The notes under the pieces were generated by a model. The model saw only the letters and a program-made list of their open reading frames with translations, had not been told where the DNA came from and searched no databases. Both the position numbers and the translations under genes were made by a program. A stretch of DNA of 61,005 bases. It comes from a virus. Lineage: Duplodnaviria; Caudoviricetes. The stretch spans positions 1 to 61,005 of IMG/VR virus record IMGVR_UViG_3300042476_000679; one strand, written 5' to 3'. Shown piece after piece: positions 48,995 through 57,998 of the stretch. Within the stretch, counting starts at the first letter, position 1. Every line of letters begins with the position of its first letter.

Positions 48995-50059
48995 TTATTT
49001 CCTATTTTTAAATTGCTGATTAGCTTGAATCGTTAATTCTCTTTGCATATCAGGCAAATGAGAAACATCCACAATATCATTAGCTCTATTAATAACAGAT
49101 TCTCTTTCTTTTATGATATGTCTAGAAGTAGCATCATTCAAGTCATAAATATTTTGCGCTTCTTCTTTAGAATTTGCCATTATGAATATCTCTCCTGCTT
49201 TATTTAAATTTTTACCCTCTAACATTTTTTCTGTTCTATTCTTATTTCTATTCTTTTCATTATCTCTTCTTTGTAATATCATCCATCCATCAAACATATC
49301 ATCATCTTCAAATACTTTGTCTGGAGGACATTCAGGATGCTGATATGCACTATCGTACATTTTGGTTAATACTACCAGCGTTTTCTGCTCGTCTGTCCAA
49401 TTAACAACTGACTTATCAAATAAATTTTCACTATTAGAACTCCAATAATTTTTCCATATATCACTGCGAGCAATTTGTCTAAAAATATTTATATCTATAT
49501 TATGTTCAGATATGCTATTAGACAACGTCATTAAAAAATTATAATCAGCATCTTCTATACTATTAAATACCCTATGATTAACATCATTATATAAACTATA
49601 AATTAAAATATATTGATTTTTTAAAAATTGACTGTATCCATTAATAGTATACTGATCTAAAGAATGTCTTATATTATACTGTCTATTATAGGCATTTCTA
49701 GTATTATTAAGTGTGCGTCTTAGAGTTTTAAGCTTATTAGGATTCAAGAAATTATTATAGATATCTACTTTCAAATCATCTATTTGTTTTTCTAAATTTT
49801 TAAGATTATCATCTCCATTATAAGTCCATATTCCCATACTAACTAGACTATCTACTATAGAGTCTTCATTAATCCATTCATTATATTTATTATTTTCGTA
49901 CTCCTGTTCAGCATACAACTCAGCTTCGTACTTGATAGTAATATCTGGATATACTAGCTTATATCTAGTATTGTTATAAAGAAATAAATAAAATCCAGAT
50001 AGTATGCGTGATAGATATATATTTAGACTACGATTATCCATTATCCTTGCAATTTCCAC
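48995..50059 (-). CDS. Putative tail assembly chaperone (distant paralogue of 47837-48709)
   Basis: Follows the tail tube. Shares L.xxG(I/L)W and LD.xT..G motifs with 47837-48709. The start may be ATG 50041. Confidence 0.5.
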   Translation of the reverse strand: MEIARIMDNRSLNIYLSRILSGFYLFLYNNTRYKLVYPDITIKYEAELYAEQEYENNKYNEWINEDSIVDSLVSMGIWTYNGDDNLKNLEKQIDDLKVDIYNNFLNPNKLKTLRRTLNNTRNAYNRQYNIRHSLDQYTINGYSQFLKNQYILIYSLYNDVNHRVFNSIEDADYNFLMTLSNSISEHNIDINIFRQIARSDIWKNYWSSNSENLFDKSVVNWTDEQKTLVVLTKMYDSAYQHPECPPDKVFEDDDMFDGWMILQRRDNEKNRNKNRTEKMLEGKNLNKAGEIFIMANSKEEAQNIYDLNDATSRHIIKERESVINRANDIVDVSHLPDMQRELTIQANQQFKNRK

Positions 50060-50074
50060 AATCTTATGCTGCTA

Positions 50075-50100
50075 CCAACCTAGTAATATTACTAGGCTGG
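50075..50100. other. Palindrome overlapping the tail-tube stop codon
   Basis: Perfect 18-bp CCTAGTAATATTACTAGG (50079-50096), extendable to 26 nt. Confidence 0.7.
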
Positions 50101-51207
50101 AGTATAGGTGCTACCCGACAATTGAGCATAGAACAGACCACCGCTATGAGCAACTACGAAATCGTTGAATGTTGAGTAACTATATGTTACACTAACATTA
50201 CCACCACCAGTGTCACCACCAGTATAGTTAACACTAGTAAGTTTATTCTTGGTGCCAAGATAAATTCTGGTGCCTTCGCAAGTCTCTAAGAAGATGGTTT
50301 GATCTAGTAGGTTATGACGAGCCACGCAACCAGTATCACTAACAGTAGCGGGTGTGTTGCCACTGAGACCAACATAGTAACCACTTTCTGTGGCATTAAT
50401 ACCGTCGCCGCTAACAGCAACAACTTCGAACTCACTAGTAACTTCCACTGGGAATGTTACATAGCGATGATAAGGAGCTAGTGTGCCAAGTTCTTGAATA
50501 GCTTCACGACCAAAATCGCAGCTTACTGTGATGTTTTGGAAATGTGCAGCGTGTCCACTACCATTACCGATTAGTGCGTTTACACCACTAACTGTAATAC
50601 CAGGGATTTGACTTGGGAAGCGAGAAGTACCCATATTTAGATATTGTCTACGGCCAACGCCAGTTGTTGATAGTGGAGCATCATCATTTCCATTAAATGC
50701 ACCAGTCTGAGTACCAGCCCAAACCTTGTTATTACCAACAAGTGTTACATCTTCTGTAAAGTTACCATCAACCGGGAATGTATAACTAACACTACTAACA
50801 TACATACCAGAGCACGTAACAGCATGGAAAGAATTGCCACTAGATGTTACATTAGTATCACTAAAAATAGCGAGCTGCATATCGCAACGAGCATTTTGAC
50901 GGCCAGGAATTGTGGGATTAGCGGCGGTTAAACCAGTAGCAATACTACTGCCAGTTTCTGTTGCTAAGGTATAAATAAGAGGATAGCCATCGAGCACTTT
51001 ATTGAGAGCAACTTCCACATCTGGCACATTTTCAACGTTTTGATAGATGGCCAATTGACCCATTTCAAATACTTGTTCTAGATTAAAATTAGTTGTGATA
51101 CCAACTGTTTGTAGACCATGTATAGGAAATTTGTTAACATTAAGAGTACCAGCAGCTGGGCCTAGAACTACTTGTTGAATTGCGTAGTAAATACGATTAT
51201 TGGCCAT
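50092..51207 (-). CDS. Major tail (tube) protein
   Basis: MANNRIYY start, Gly/Thr/Val beta-rich, GLQTVGITTNFNLEQVFEMG, internally duplicated pattern (EQVFEMG / EAIQELG), strong SD GGAG, upstream of the chaperones and TMP. Confidence 0.75.
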   Translation of the reverse strand: MANNRIYYAIQQVVLGPAAGTLNVNKFPIHGLQTVGITTNFNLEQVFEMGQLAIYQNVENVPDVEVALNKVLDGYPLIYTLATETGSSIATGLTAANPTIPGRQNARCDMQLAIFSDTNVTSSGNSFHAVTCSGMYVSSVSYTFPVDGNFTEDVTLVGNNKVWAGTQTGAFNGNDDAPLSTTGVGRRQYLNMGTSRFPSQIPGITVSGVNALIGNGSGHAAHFQNITVSCDFGREAIQELGTLAPYHRYVTFPVEVTSEFEVVAVSGDGINATESGYYVGLSGNTPATVSDTGCVARHNLLDQTIFLETCEGTRIYLGTKNKLTSVNYTGGDTGGGNVSVTYSYSTFNDFVVAHSGGLFYAQLSGSTYTPA

Positions 51208-51294
51208 AATGAATCTCCACTATATAGTGTATTGTACGGTAATGAGTAAAAAATGTTCTATCTCTTTTATAGAGATACACAAAAAACTAGTAAA

Positions 51295-52248
51295 TCATGT
51301 TGAAATTATTTCTAATGTAGCTCTTGCCATGCCTTGATGAAGATTAGGATGAGGTGAGTCTATTTCAAAAAGGCTAATATTTTTAATCAAACACTTACGC
51401 CAAGGATAATTGTTTACTAAATCTGGATACATTAATGAACTATTTTTAATATCTCCATTATAATCTAATGGAAAAGCCTCATTTTGTGCCACAGCATTAG
51501 TATCAAATAGTTGTAGTGTAATATCTTGTTGTAATCGTAATATATCTAATAGTTTATTTCTATCATTTTTATTTTCAGCCAGAATATAAAATCCTATATC
51601 TTGTTCTAGCCATAATAAGCTATTACCTATTTCGTATGGTCTTGATCGTGAACGAGATAATGGTTCTATTATTATGCACGGTAATTGTATTCTGTGTTGT
51701 CCTCCAATAGACCATTCTCCAGTGTCTGTAAGTTCGATATCTTTATTTGAGGTATTAAATGAGCTAAATTGTAAAATATTAAACCATGGACTTTCACTAG
51801 ATCTATGAACTTGCACAAATCTATAGCTATATTCAAGATCAACATCAGAGGATGAAGAAATTGGACTATTAAAAATTATACGACCCAACGGATGATTTAC
51901 TATAAAATTATTTGTCTTTGATACATATGAATTATTAACTGATACGCCACTGATAGCGATTGGGTTTGTAGAATTATAATCTACTCCGCTTTCCCACACC
52001 CAATCTTTTCGAATGCCCTGCCAAACAGCGCCAGTGGGATAGGATGGATCTTCTACAAGAACAAGACGGGCATGTTGGTTGACTCCATATAATGTATTAT
52101 CATTATTATAAACATCAAACCATGCTCCTATGTGTAAAAATGACCAATCAAAATACATTTTAAAATTAGCTTCTAAAATATTCAATAGTAAATCTTCAGA
52201 TATGCTATTGATACCTTTGAACCTGGTGTTTGGATCACAATTACTCAT
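51295..52248 (-). CDS. Putative tail terminator/neck protein
   Basis: Directly upstream of the tail tube. LPCIIIE...RPYEIG. Confidence 0.5.
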   Translation of the reverse strand: MSNCDPNTRFKGINSISEDLLLNILEANFKMYFDWSFLHIGAWFDVYNNDNTLYGVNQHARLVLVEDPSYPTGAVWQGIRKDWVWESGVDYNSTNPIAISGVSVNNSYVSKTNNFIVNHPLGRIIFNSPISSSSDVDLEYSYRFVQVHRSSESPWFNILQFSSFNTSNKDIELTDTGEWSIGGQHRIQLPCIIIEPLSRSRSRPYEIGNSLLWLEQDIGFYILAENKNDRNKLLDILRLQQDITLQLFDTNAVAQNEAFPLDYNGDIKNSSLMYPDLVNNYPWRKCLIKNISLFEIDSPHPNLHQGMARATLEIIST

Positions 52249-52895
52249 TATTGAAATACCTTGTCTAATAATTCGTTAATCTGAGGTTCTGCATTGTCTA
52301 TGGCTCTAGTAATCCAATTATCTCTAATTGTACCAGCAAATTCTGATGGTACTCTCCAGGATTGAGTTGATTCTCTCATAACCGCATATCCAGTACGAGA
52401 AAATTTACTCGGCCCCAAAACGACCTGTTGTTTTTTGATGATTGTTTTATTGCCCTCTAATAATAACCATTCCAACCAAGGTAACTGATATCCTCTAAGA
52501 TTATCTACAACCAATGCTGCATCAGAAGACAATACATCATCAAAATTACTACGTATAATAGATACACTAAAAAATGCTTTAATTTTATTGGCGCTTATAG
52601 ACGGAGCGCTATACTCAATATCTAAATTATTGGCCCATATATCAATAATAGCAGCTAGTTTGGCTCCAGGATCAGGAACACCAAATTCATATTGTAACTG
52701 ACCACCAATTAAAGAACTATACTCTGGAGTACTTTGTATTATATTTTTAATAACAGATGGTAATGAATTTTTTATGCTATTTAAGGATTTTTTAAGATAT
52801 TTATCTAGTTCTGGAATTAATGCATTAAGAATATTTTGAGATATTTGTTGATCATTTTCTAATAGTTGTAGTTTAAAATTCATGGATGTTTCCAA
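52248..52895 (-). CDS. Putative tail completion (HK97 gp10-like) protein
   Basis: Position, plus WLEWLLLEG and C-terminal NWITRAI. Confidence 0.45.
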   Translation of the reverse strand: METSMNFKLQLLENDQQISQNILNALIPELDKYLKKSLNSIKNSLPSVIKNIIQSTPEYSSLIGGQLQYEFGVPDPGAKLAAIIDIWANNLDIEYSAPSISANKIKAFFSVSIIRSNFDDVLSSDAALVVDNLRGYQLPWLEWLLLEGNKTIIKKQQVVLGPSKFSRTGYAVMRESTQSWRVPSEFAGTIRDNWITRAIDNAEPQINELLDKVFQ

Positions 52896-53500
52896 TCTAG
52901 ATTAAAGTCATCAGAATGATGTGTTACTCCACCCCATACAGATGATACATTTCTATGTTCTACTAGACTAGGAGTATAATAATATATGGGTTTTCCTCTA
53001 GATAATCTTGTTAATCTAATGTCTTGCATGCCTTCTATACTATTCCAATATGTTATCGCCCACGATGCGGCTTCGCGCGACATAATATAAAACTGTGATC
53101 CGTATAGTCTAAGACAATCAGCTTTATACCAAAACATACCTTCTTCTTGAGAACATCTATTATTTTTAGGAGTGTATAAACTACCAAAATTCAAAATATT
53201 ATTCTTAATAGGATACCATGATATTAAATTATGAGCTATATGTTTATTAAATATTAAATCATCTTCCATAAATACTATCCATTGAGCATCTGTGTTCTGC
53301 AAAGCAATTTTTAGAGCATTATATGATGCAATAGTCTGTCTCTCTGTTTTTGACACCTCTGGATAAACTAATGGATGAAAACAATCCTTATCTAGGATAA
53401 CATTTATATCCCAAGCCCAATCAGTAGATTTTAAATCATTAAGCGTTTCATTCCTAATGCTTTCTCTACTATCACAACTGATCATTACTGCTGATATCAT
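52880..53500 (-). CDS. GT-A glycosyltransferase (GT25-like)
   Basis: VMISC..R, VFMEDD, GSQFYIMSR, PSLVEH. Confidence 0.7.
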   Translation of the reverse strand: MISAVMISCDSRESIRNETLNDLKSTDWAWDINVILDKDCFHPLVYPEVSKTERQTIASYNALKIALQNTDAQWIVFMEDDLIFNKHIAHNLISWYPIKNNILNFGSLYTPKNNRCSQEEGMFWYKADCLRLYGSQFYIMSREAASWAITYWNSIEGMQDIRLTRLSRGKPIYYYTPSLVEHRNVSSVWGGVTHHSDDFNLDWKHP

Positions 53501-53501
53501 T

Positions 53502-54821
53502 TTATATTCTTTCTACAACAATATCGCATTTTTCGAACGCTGTCCATTTGCCCAGAAATTTTTTATTGTCACCACTGTCTTTAGCAAAAAACATAGCTAT
53601 TTCAGAATCTTTATGGGCAGCGCCTATCACAACTATTGTTGGTATATTATCTATTAGTCTTACACTCCAGCGTCTTTCGCACTTAGCCTTACCTTGTCCT
53701 ATAATACCATTATCTAATAATTCTAATGTTCTACTGTCTAAATTAACTCGTTCATATCTATACTTACCTATAAATGTTTGAGCATATTGTTTTTCTTCAT
53801 TATTCATTTCATCCCACGAGTAGATAGTTCCACTCCAATATTGATCTCTTACATCCTTGGCTTCTTTAATTAAATGATGGTTGAGATGGTTGCCAGGTCC
53901 AGTACCACTAAACATAAGTTCTTTACCTTGACAAGCGTGTTGAAATACTAACGCTCCAGACAGATCGTACTGTAATATACAGGGATGTCTCCAACCAGCC
54001 CGTCTTGAAGGAATAGCATAATCAGATCCGCACTTTCTCCATGCTAAATGAAAAGTGGATTTGTCTCCATATACAAATTTATAAAACCAATCAGAATGTT
54101 CATTCATCCACATTGTTACACTAAGTTCTTTTAAACATTTTTCTTTATTGATCATATACTGACCGGTTTCGAAATCTGGCTCGTCTCTATAATCCAAACC
54201 AACATTTTCCCAACAAATTGGCGGCAACCATTCTTTTCTTTTGTTTGGCGGTAGATCTGGCCAAAATATAGCACCTAACTCTTTGTACTGAGAATAATCA
54301 AATAAGTATGTTGGATCTTTAGACGGAATATTATCAGCGTCTAAATATAAAACCTCTTTAAATGATGAATGTAGCGTTGATAATGCCTTTAGTTCCCAGC
54401 CATTGAGTATTCTAGGTTGGATATTATGTTCTTGACAATATTTAATTGCATTAATATAGCGTATACCGAACATATCGCACATATTTTTCATATTATTATC
54501 CATTTCATATTCATCTAAATACCAAAATTCTACAGGCAACTGACAACCTAATTTTCTTAAAATATAGAAACAGGCAAAGCCGCAACCAAAATATTTGGCT
54601 CCACCAGCACCTATAACTATTCCTCGTTCATGTTGATATGGCTGTATGGGAGAATATGTTTTTTCTAATAAATCATCTAATATTGATATGTGAGCTAATT
54701 GAACTTCTTTAAGTCCTGTCCAATTTTGAGGATATCCATTTGTTTTTCCAGAGTTTAATATTTCTATCCATCTATTAGTTTGTTTAAATAAATCAACTAA
54801 ATCTTTATGATTATTACTCAT
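53502..54821 (-). CDS. GT71 (Mnn2/Mnn5-like) alpha-mannosyltransferase-family protein
   Basis: RGIVIGAGG, LRKLGCQLPVEFW, K..S.LHSSFKEVLYLDADN, GAIFWPD, ETGQYMINK, YGDKSTF. Confidence 0.8.
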   Translation of the reverse strand: MSNNHKDLVDLFKQTNRWIEILNSGKTNGYPQNWTGLKEVQLAHISILDDLLEKTYSPIQPYQHERGIVIGAGGAKYFGCGFACFYILRKLGCQLPVEFWYLDEYEMDNNMKNMCDMFGIRYINAIKYCQEHNIQPRILNGWELKALSTLHSSFKEVLYLDADNIPSKDPTYLFDYSQYKELGAIFWPDLPPNKRKEWLPPICWENVGLDYRDEPDFETGQYMINKEKCLKELSVTMWMNEHSDWFYKFVYGDKSTFHLAWRKCGSDYAIPSRRAGWRHPCILQYDLSGALVFQHACQGKELMFSGTGPGNHLNHHLIKEAKDVRDQYWSGTIYSWDEMNNEEKQYAQTFIGKYRYERVNLDSRTLELLDNGIIGQGKAKCERRWSVRLIDNIPTIVVIGAAHKDSEIAMFFAKDSGDNKKFLGKWTAFEKCDIVVERI

Positions 54822-56262
54822 CTTTGACCTCTGTTGCTGTCTTAGTTATCGGATCATATATCATTTTTAGTACTGGAATATTATGCATCATATGGCACTC
54901 TGAACATGCGCAGCGTATAAGATTTTGATTATTGTTATTCTGGTTGTCGTCTAATGCACTATATACTAAAAGATTATTTAATGGTGTAGAATAGCCTAAA
55001 TTGCGCAAAAGGCTAACAGTAATGTCTGTGATAGTAAGTCCACCCCCTATCCATCCTATCATGATATCATTAATAGCGGGATAATATGGCTCTCCGGGTT
55101 CGTAACCGGCTGGCCTATAAGTATTTTCCCAGTGACCACCAGCTGTACCAGGGCCTCCACTATCTTCTAATGGTACTTTTGTCCTCACTACACTATATCC
55201 AGTATTATATGCGTTTTGTGTCAAATTATAATCATCCCCATTTAACCAAAAGCCATTGCTATTCCATAAAGTACCTATGCCCAATGCGTGTCCAAGTTCA
55301 TGCACAAAAATGGCTCCCCAATAACCCTGGTATGCGTTTGGATAAAAATCTGTATTAAGATAAAAATCAAAAGATAATGCGTTTACTTGTAATCCTCCCA
55401 AGCTTATAGACGAAGCAACACCGCATGCAGCAAGGGCAGATCCGAGACTTCCCGCGGTATAACTATTGAGAGTAATGCCATTCCATGATGGATTATTGAT
55501 TCTAATGGCGTCAACTACATCGGGGTTAATAGAAACTACTGATTCCCATGTAGAGGCCGCATTATTTAAAAGGATCGCTACATCTGGTGGAACCTGACCT
55601 GCCCAGGAAGATCTATCAAATAATTTAATTGGTTCATTATTTCCACTATTGCCTCCGCTACCACCACCATTATCTTCACTACCGCCGCCGCTATCCCCAT
55701 TATTACCACCGCCACTAATACTTCCACTACCACTTTCGCTACCACTTCCACTCTCACTAATTATACATGGTCTGACCAATCTAAACTCTACTTTACATAC
55801 ATCTTCAGCTTTATCATAGTTGATGATATAAATATTTTCTATTTCTAAATTAGTTGTTGAACCATATAGTCGTGTAAAATCTAATAATAGACTTAAATTT
55901 CCACTACCACTACCACCACTACCACCTACGCCATATAAAGCATATTCTAAAAATGTATCATAGTATTTGTCTTTTAAAATAATTTTAAATATTAATTGAG
56001 TATCTGTTCTTCCTAATAGAAGAATTTCTTTAATATGAATATCACACCAAGGACTACCGCTACCACTGCCGCTTTCACTGCCACTACCACTTCCAATGTC
56101 ATTTTCACTACCTATTTCACTACCCACTTCGCTACCAACACCACTACCACTACCACCACTGCCTCCGGGAGAATCATCACTACCTCCTGGCATACCATCA
56201 CTACCATTTCCTAAGAAATTTTCATCTTCTGGAAAATCTATATTATTTAATGATGTAGACAT
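54814..56262 (-). CDS. Leishmanolysin-like (M8) zinc metalloprotease with Gly/Ser linkers, paralogue B
   Basis: HELGHALG, PLEDSGGPGTAGGHWE (third Zn ligand), DIM Met-turn. Confidence 0.8.
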   Translation of the reverse strand: MSTSLNNIDFPEDENFLGNGSDGMPGGSDDSPGGSGGSGSGVGSEVGSEIGSENDIGSGSGSESGSGSGSPWCDIHIKEILLLGRTDTQLIFKIILKDKYYDTFLEYALYGVGGSGGSGSGNLSLLLDFTRLYGSTTNLEIENIYIINYDKAEDVCKVEFRLVRPCIISESGSGSESGSGSISGGGNNGDSGGGSEDNGGGSGGNSGNNEPIKLFDRSSWAGQVPPDVAILLNNAASTWESVVSINPDVVDAIRINNPSWNGITLNSYTAGSLGSALAACGVASSISLGGLQVNALSFDFYLNTDFYPNAYQGYWGAIFVHELGHALGIGTLWNSNGFWLNGDDYNLTQNAYNTGYSVVRTKVPLEDSGGPGTAGGHWENTYRPAGYEPGEPYYPAINDIMIGWIGGGLTITDITVSLLRNLGYSTPLNNLLVYSALDDNQNNNNQNLIRCACSECHMMHNIPVLKMIYDPITKTATEVKDE

Positions 56263-56274
56263 TACTTATACCCT

Positions 56275-57984
56275 TTAATGTACCTTTAAAATTGTTTTAT
56301 TTTCTTTATTATAATACATACTTATATTAGGTACTTTATTTATCATAGCACACTCGCCACATCTACAATGAACAGGAATATCATTATACTCTTCATGCAC
56401 CGCACTATATGCTAGCACACTATTTTGTATAACATTATATCCTAAATCATTCAAAAAAGCTAAGCTAATATTAGTGATATTTAAATTACTAATCCATCCT
56501 ATCATAATATCATTTATGGCTGGATAATATGGTTCTCCAGGCTCATAACCCGCTGCTCTATAATTGTTTTCCCAGTGAGCACCTCCTGTGCCTTGACCAC
56601 CACCATCTTCAACTGGTATCTTGCTTCTAGTAATGGAATATTTACTATTATATGCTGACTGTGTTAAGTTATAAGTTGTACCATTCAACCAGAAACCATC
56701 CGTTGTCCATAATGTTCCTATGCCAAGAGCATGTCCTAATTCGTGTATCATAACATTGGTCCAACTTACTGGATAGGTTGGATAATAGTATGTATTAATA
56801 TATAAATCAAAAGATAGCGCATTATACGAATCCCCTAAGCTAATAGAGTCAGCTACGCCGCATGCTGCCAAAAATGTAGGTCCATAATTATCTTCAGTAT
56901 AACTATTTATTATTATGCCGTTCCATGCTGGATCATCAGATTTGAGAGCATTTACCACATCAGGATCAAAAGAAACAGAAGCCTCCCATGCTGAGGCAGC
57001 AGCATTTAATAAATTAACGATTCCGGAAGGAAGCACACCATCTCCATTCCATGAGGATCTATCAAATAGTATAGGAGCATATGTTGTGCCGCTTTCGCCA
57101 CCGCTACCGCTACCGCTACCGCTACCGCTACCGCTGCCACTATCACTACCACTTTCGCTACCACTTTGTTCTTCTTCACAAGTAGTTACTAATTTGAATG
57201 CTATGTCACATATTTCTAAACCACTCTCGCTACCACTCTGACTACCACTATTGTTACTACCAGGAATTACAGTATCGCTTCCGAATCCGTTATTGTTTGT
57301 ACATGGTGTTGATGTGATTATACCATAACTATTTACAGTTAAAATAAGCTCTGTACCTATACCGTATGGCCCCATAGTTAAAGTATCAACACATTCTGAA
57401 TTTGATGTGTCTCCAGCAAATAAAGTACCACTACTGCTACCAGCTGATAATGTCCATATTCCTCCTGCGCCTCCCCTAACTAAATAAAACCTATCGACAA
57501 AACCATTACAAGATTCGCTAGAAACACCCGCACTATATGTATAGGTATTATCTGTTCCCACCCAGCATCCATAATTATCGCTAGCATATATAGGATATCC
57601 ATTTATATCTACTCCAATTTTACTATATGTACCATTTACATTGTTATAAATAAACGAATCTGGATCTAAGTTTTTTACTATTTCCCAACCAGATAATGTA
57701 ATTTGATTAGGAAATGAAAGACTATTATTGTTATTATTTATAGTTGTGGTTGAAATATCAATATTAAACGTATTAGTTTTTTCAACTTTATTACCATTAT
57801 TTAAATCAACTGTTTGAAATGTATTACCATAATTATAAGAATATTCTATATGAGTATTTTCGTATATTTCTGGAGTAAATAATTGAATTGTTAATATATT
57901 ATTATTTCTGTCAATCAGAACAATATCATTGATATGCAATCCACACCAATTATTTTTATTTGTTGTAGATAAACCACCTGACAT
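56275..57984 (-). CDS. Leishmanolysin-like (M8) zinc metalloprotease with Gly/Ser linkers, paralogue A
   Basis: HELGHALG, PVEDGGGQGTGGAHWE, DIM Met-turn. Confidence 0.8.
   Translation of the reverse strand: MSGGLSTTNKNNWCGLHINDIVLIDRNNNILTIQLFTPEIYENTHIEYSYNYGNTFQTVDLNNGNKVEKTNTFNIDISTTTINNNNNSLSFPNQITLSGWEIVKNLDPDSFIYNNVNGTYSKIGVDINGYPIYASDNYGCWVGTDNTYTYSAGVSSESCNGFVDRFYLVRGGAGGIWTLSAGSSSGTLFAGDTSNSECVDTLTMGPYGIGTELILTVNSYGIITSTPCTNNNGFGSDTVIPGSNNSGSQSGSESGLEICDIAFKLVTTCEEEQSGSESGSDSGSGSGSGSGSGSGGESGTTYAPILFDRSSWNGDGVLPSGIVNLLNAAASAWEASVSFDPDVVNALKSDDPAWNGIIINSYTEDNYGPTFLAACGVADSISLGDSYNALSFDLYINTYYYPTYPVSWTNVMIHELGHALGIGTLWTTDGFWLNGTTYNLTQSAYNSKYSITRSKIPVEDGGGQGTGGAHWENNYRAAGYEPGEPYYPAINDIMIGWISNLNITNISLAFLNDLGYNVIQNSVLAYSAVHEEYNDIPVHCRCGECAMINKVPNISMYYNKENKTILKVH
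57100..57136. repeat. Hexamer tandem repeat (CCGCTA)n encoding (GS)n
   Basis: Five exact copies plus one variant. Confidence 0.85.
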
Positions 57985-57998
57985 TTTAACCTCTATTC

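Noticed and set aside
51218-51229. CACTATATAGTG palindrome as an NrdR-like operator
   Set aside because: It is shorter than the NrdR box and sits before a structural gene. It may be chance in AT-rich DNA.
50092-52895. Contractile tail sheath gene
   Set aside because: No sheath-sized or sheath-like ORF lies next to the tube gene, and the layout fits a non-contractile tail.
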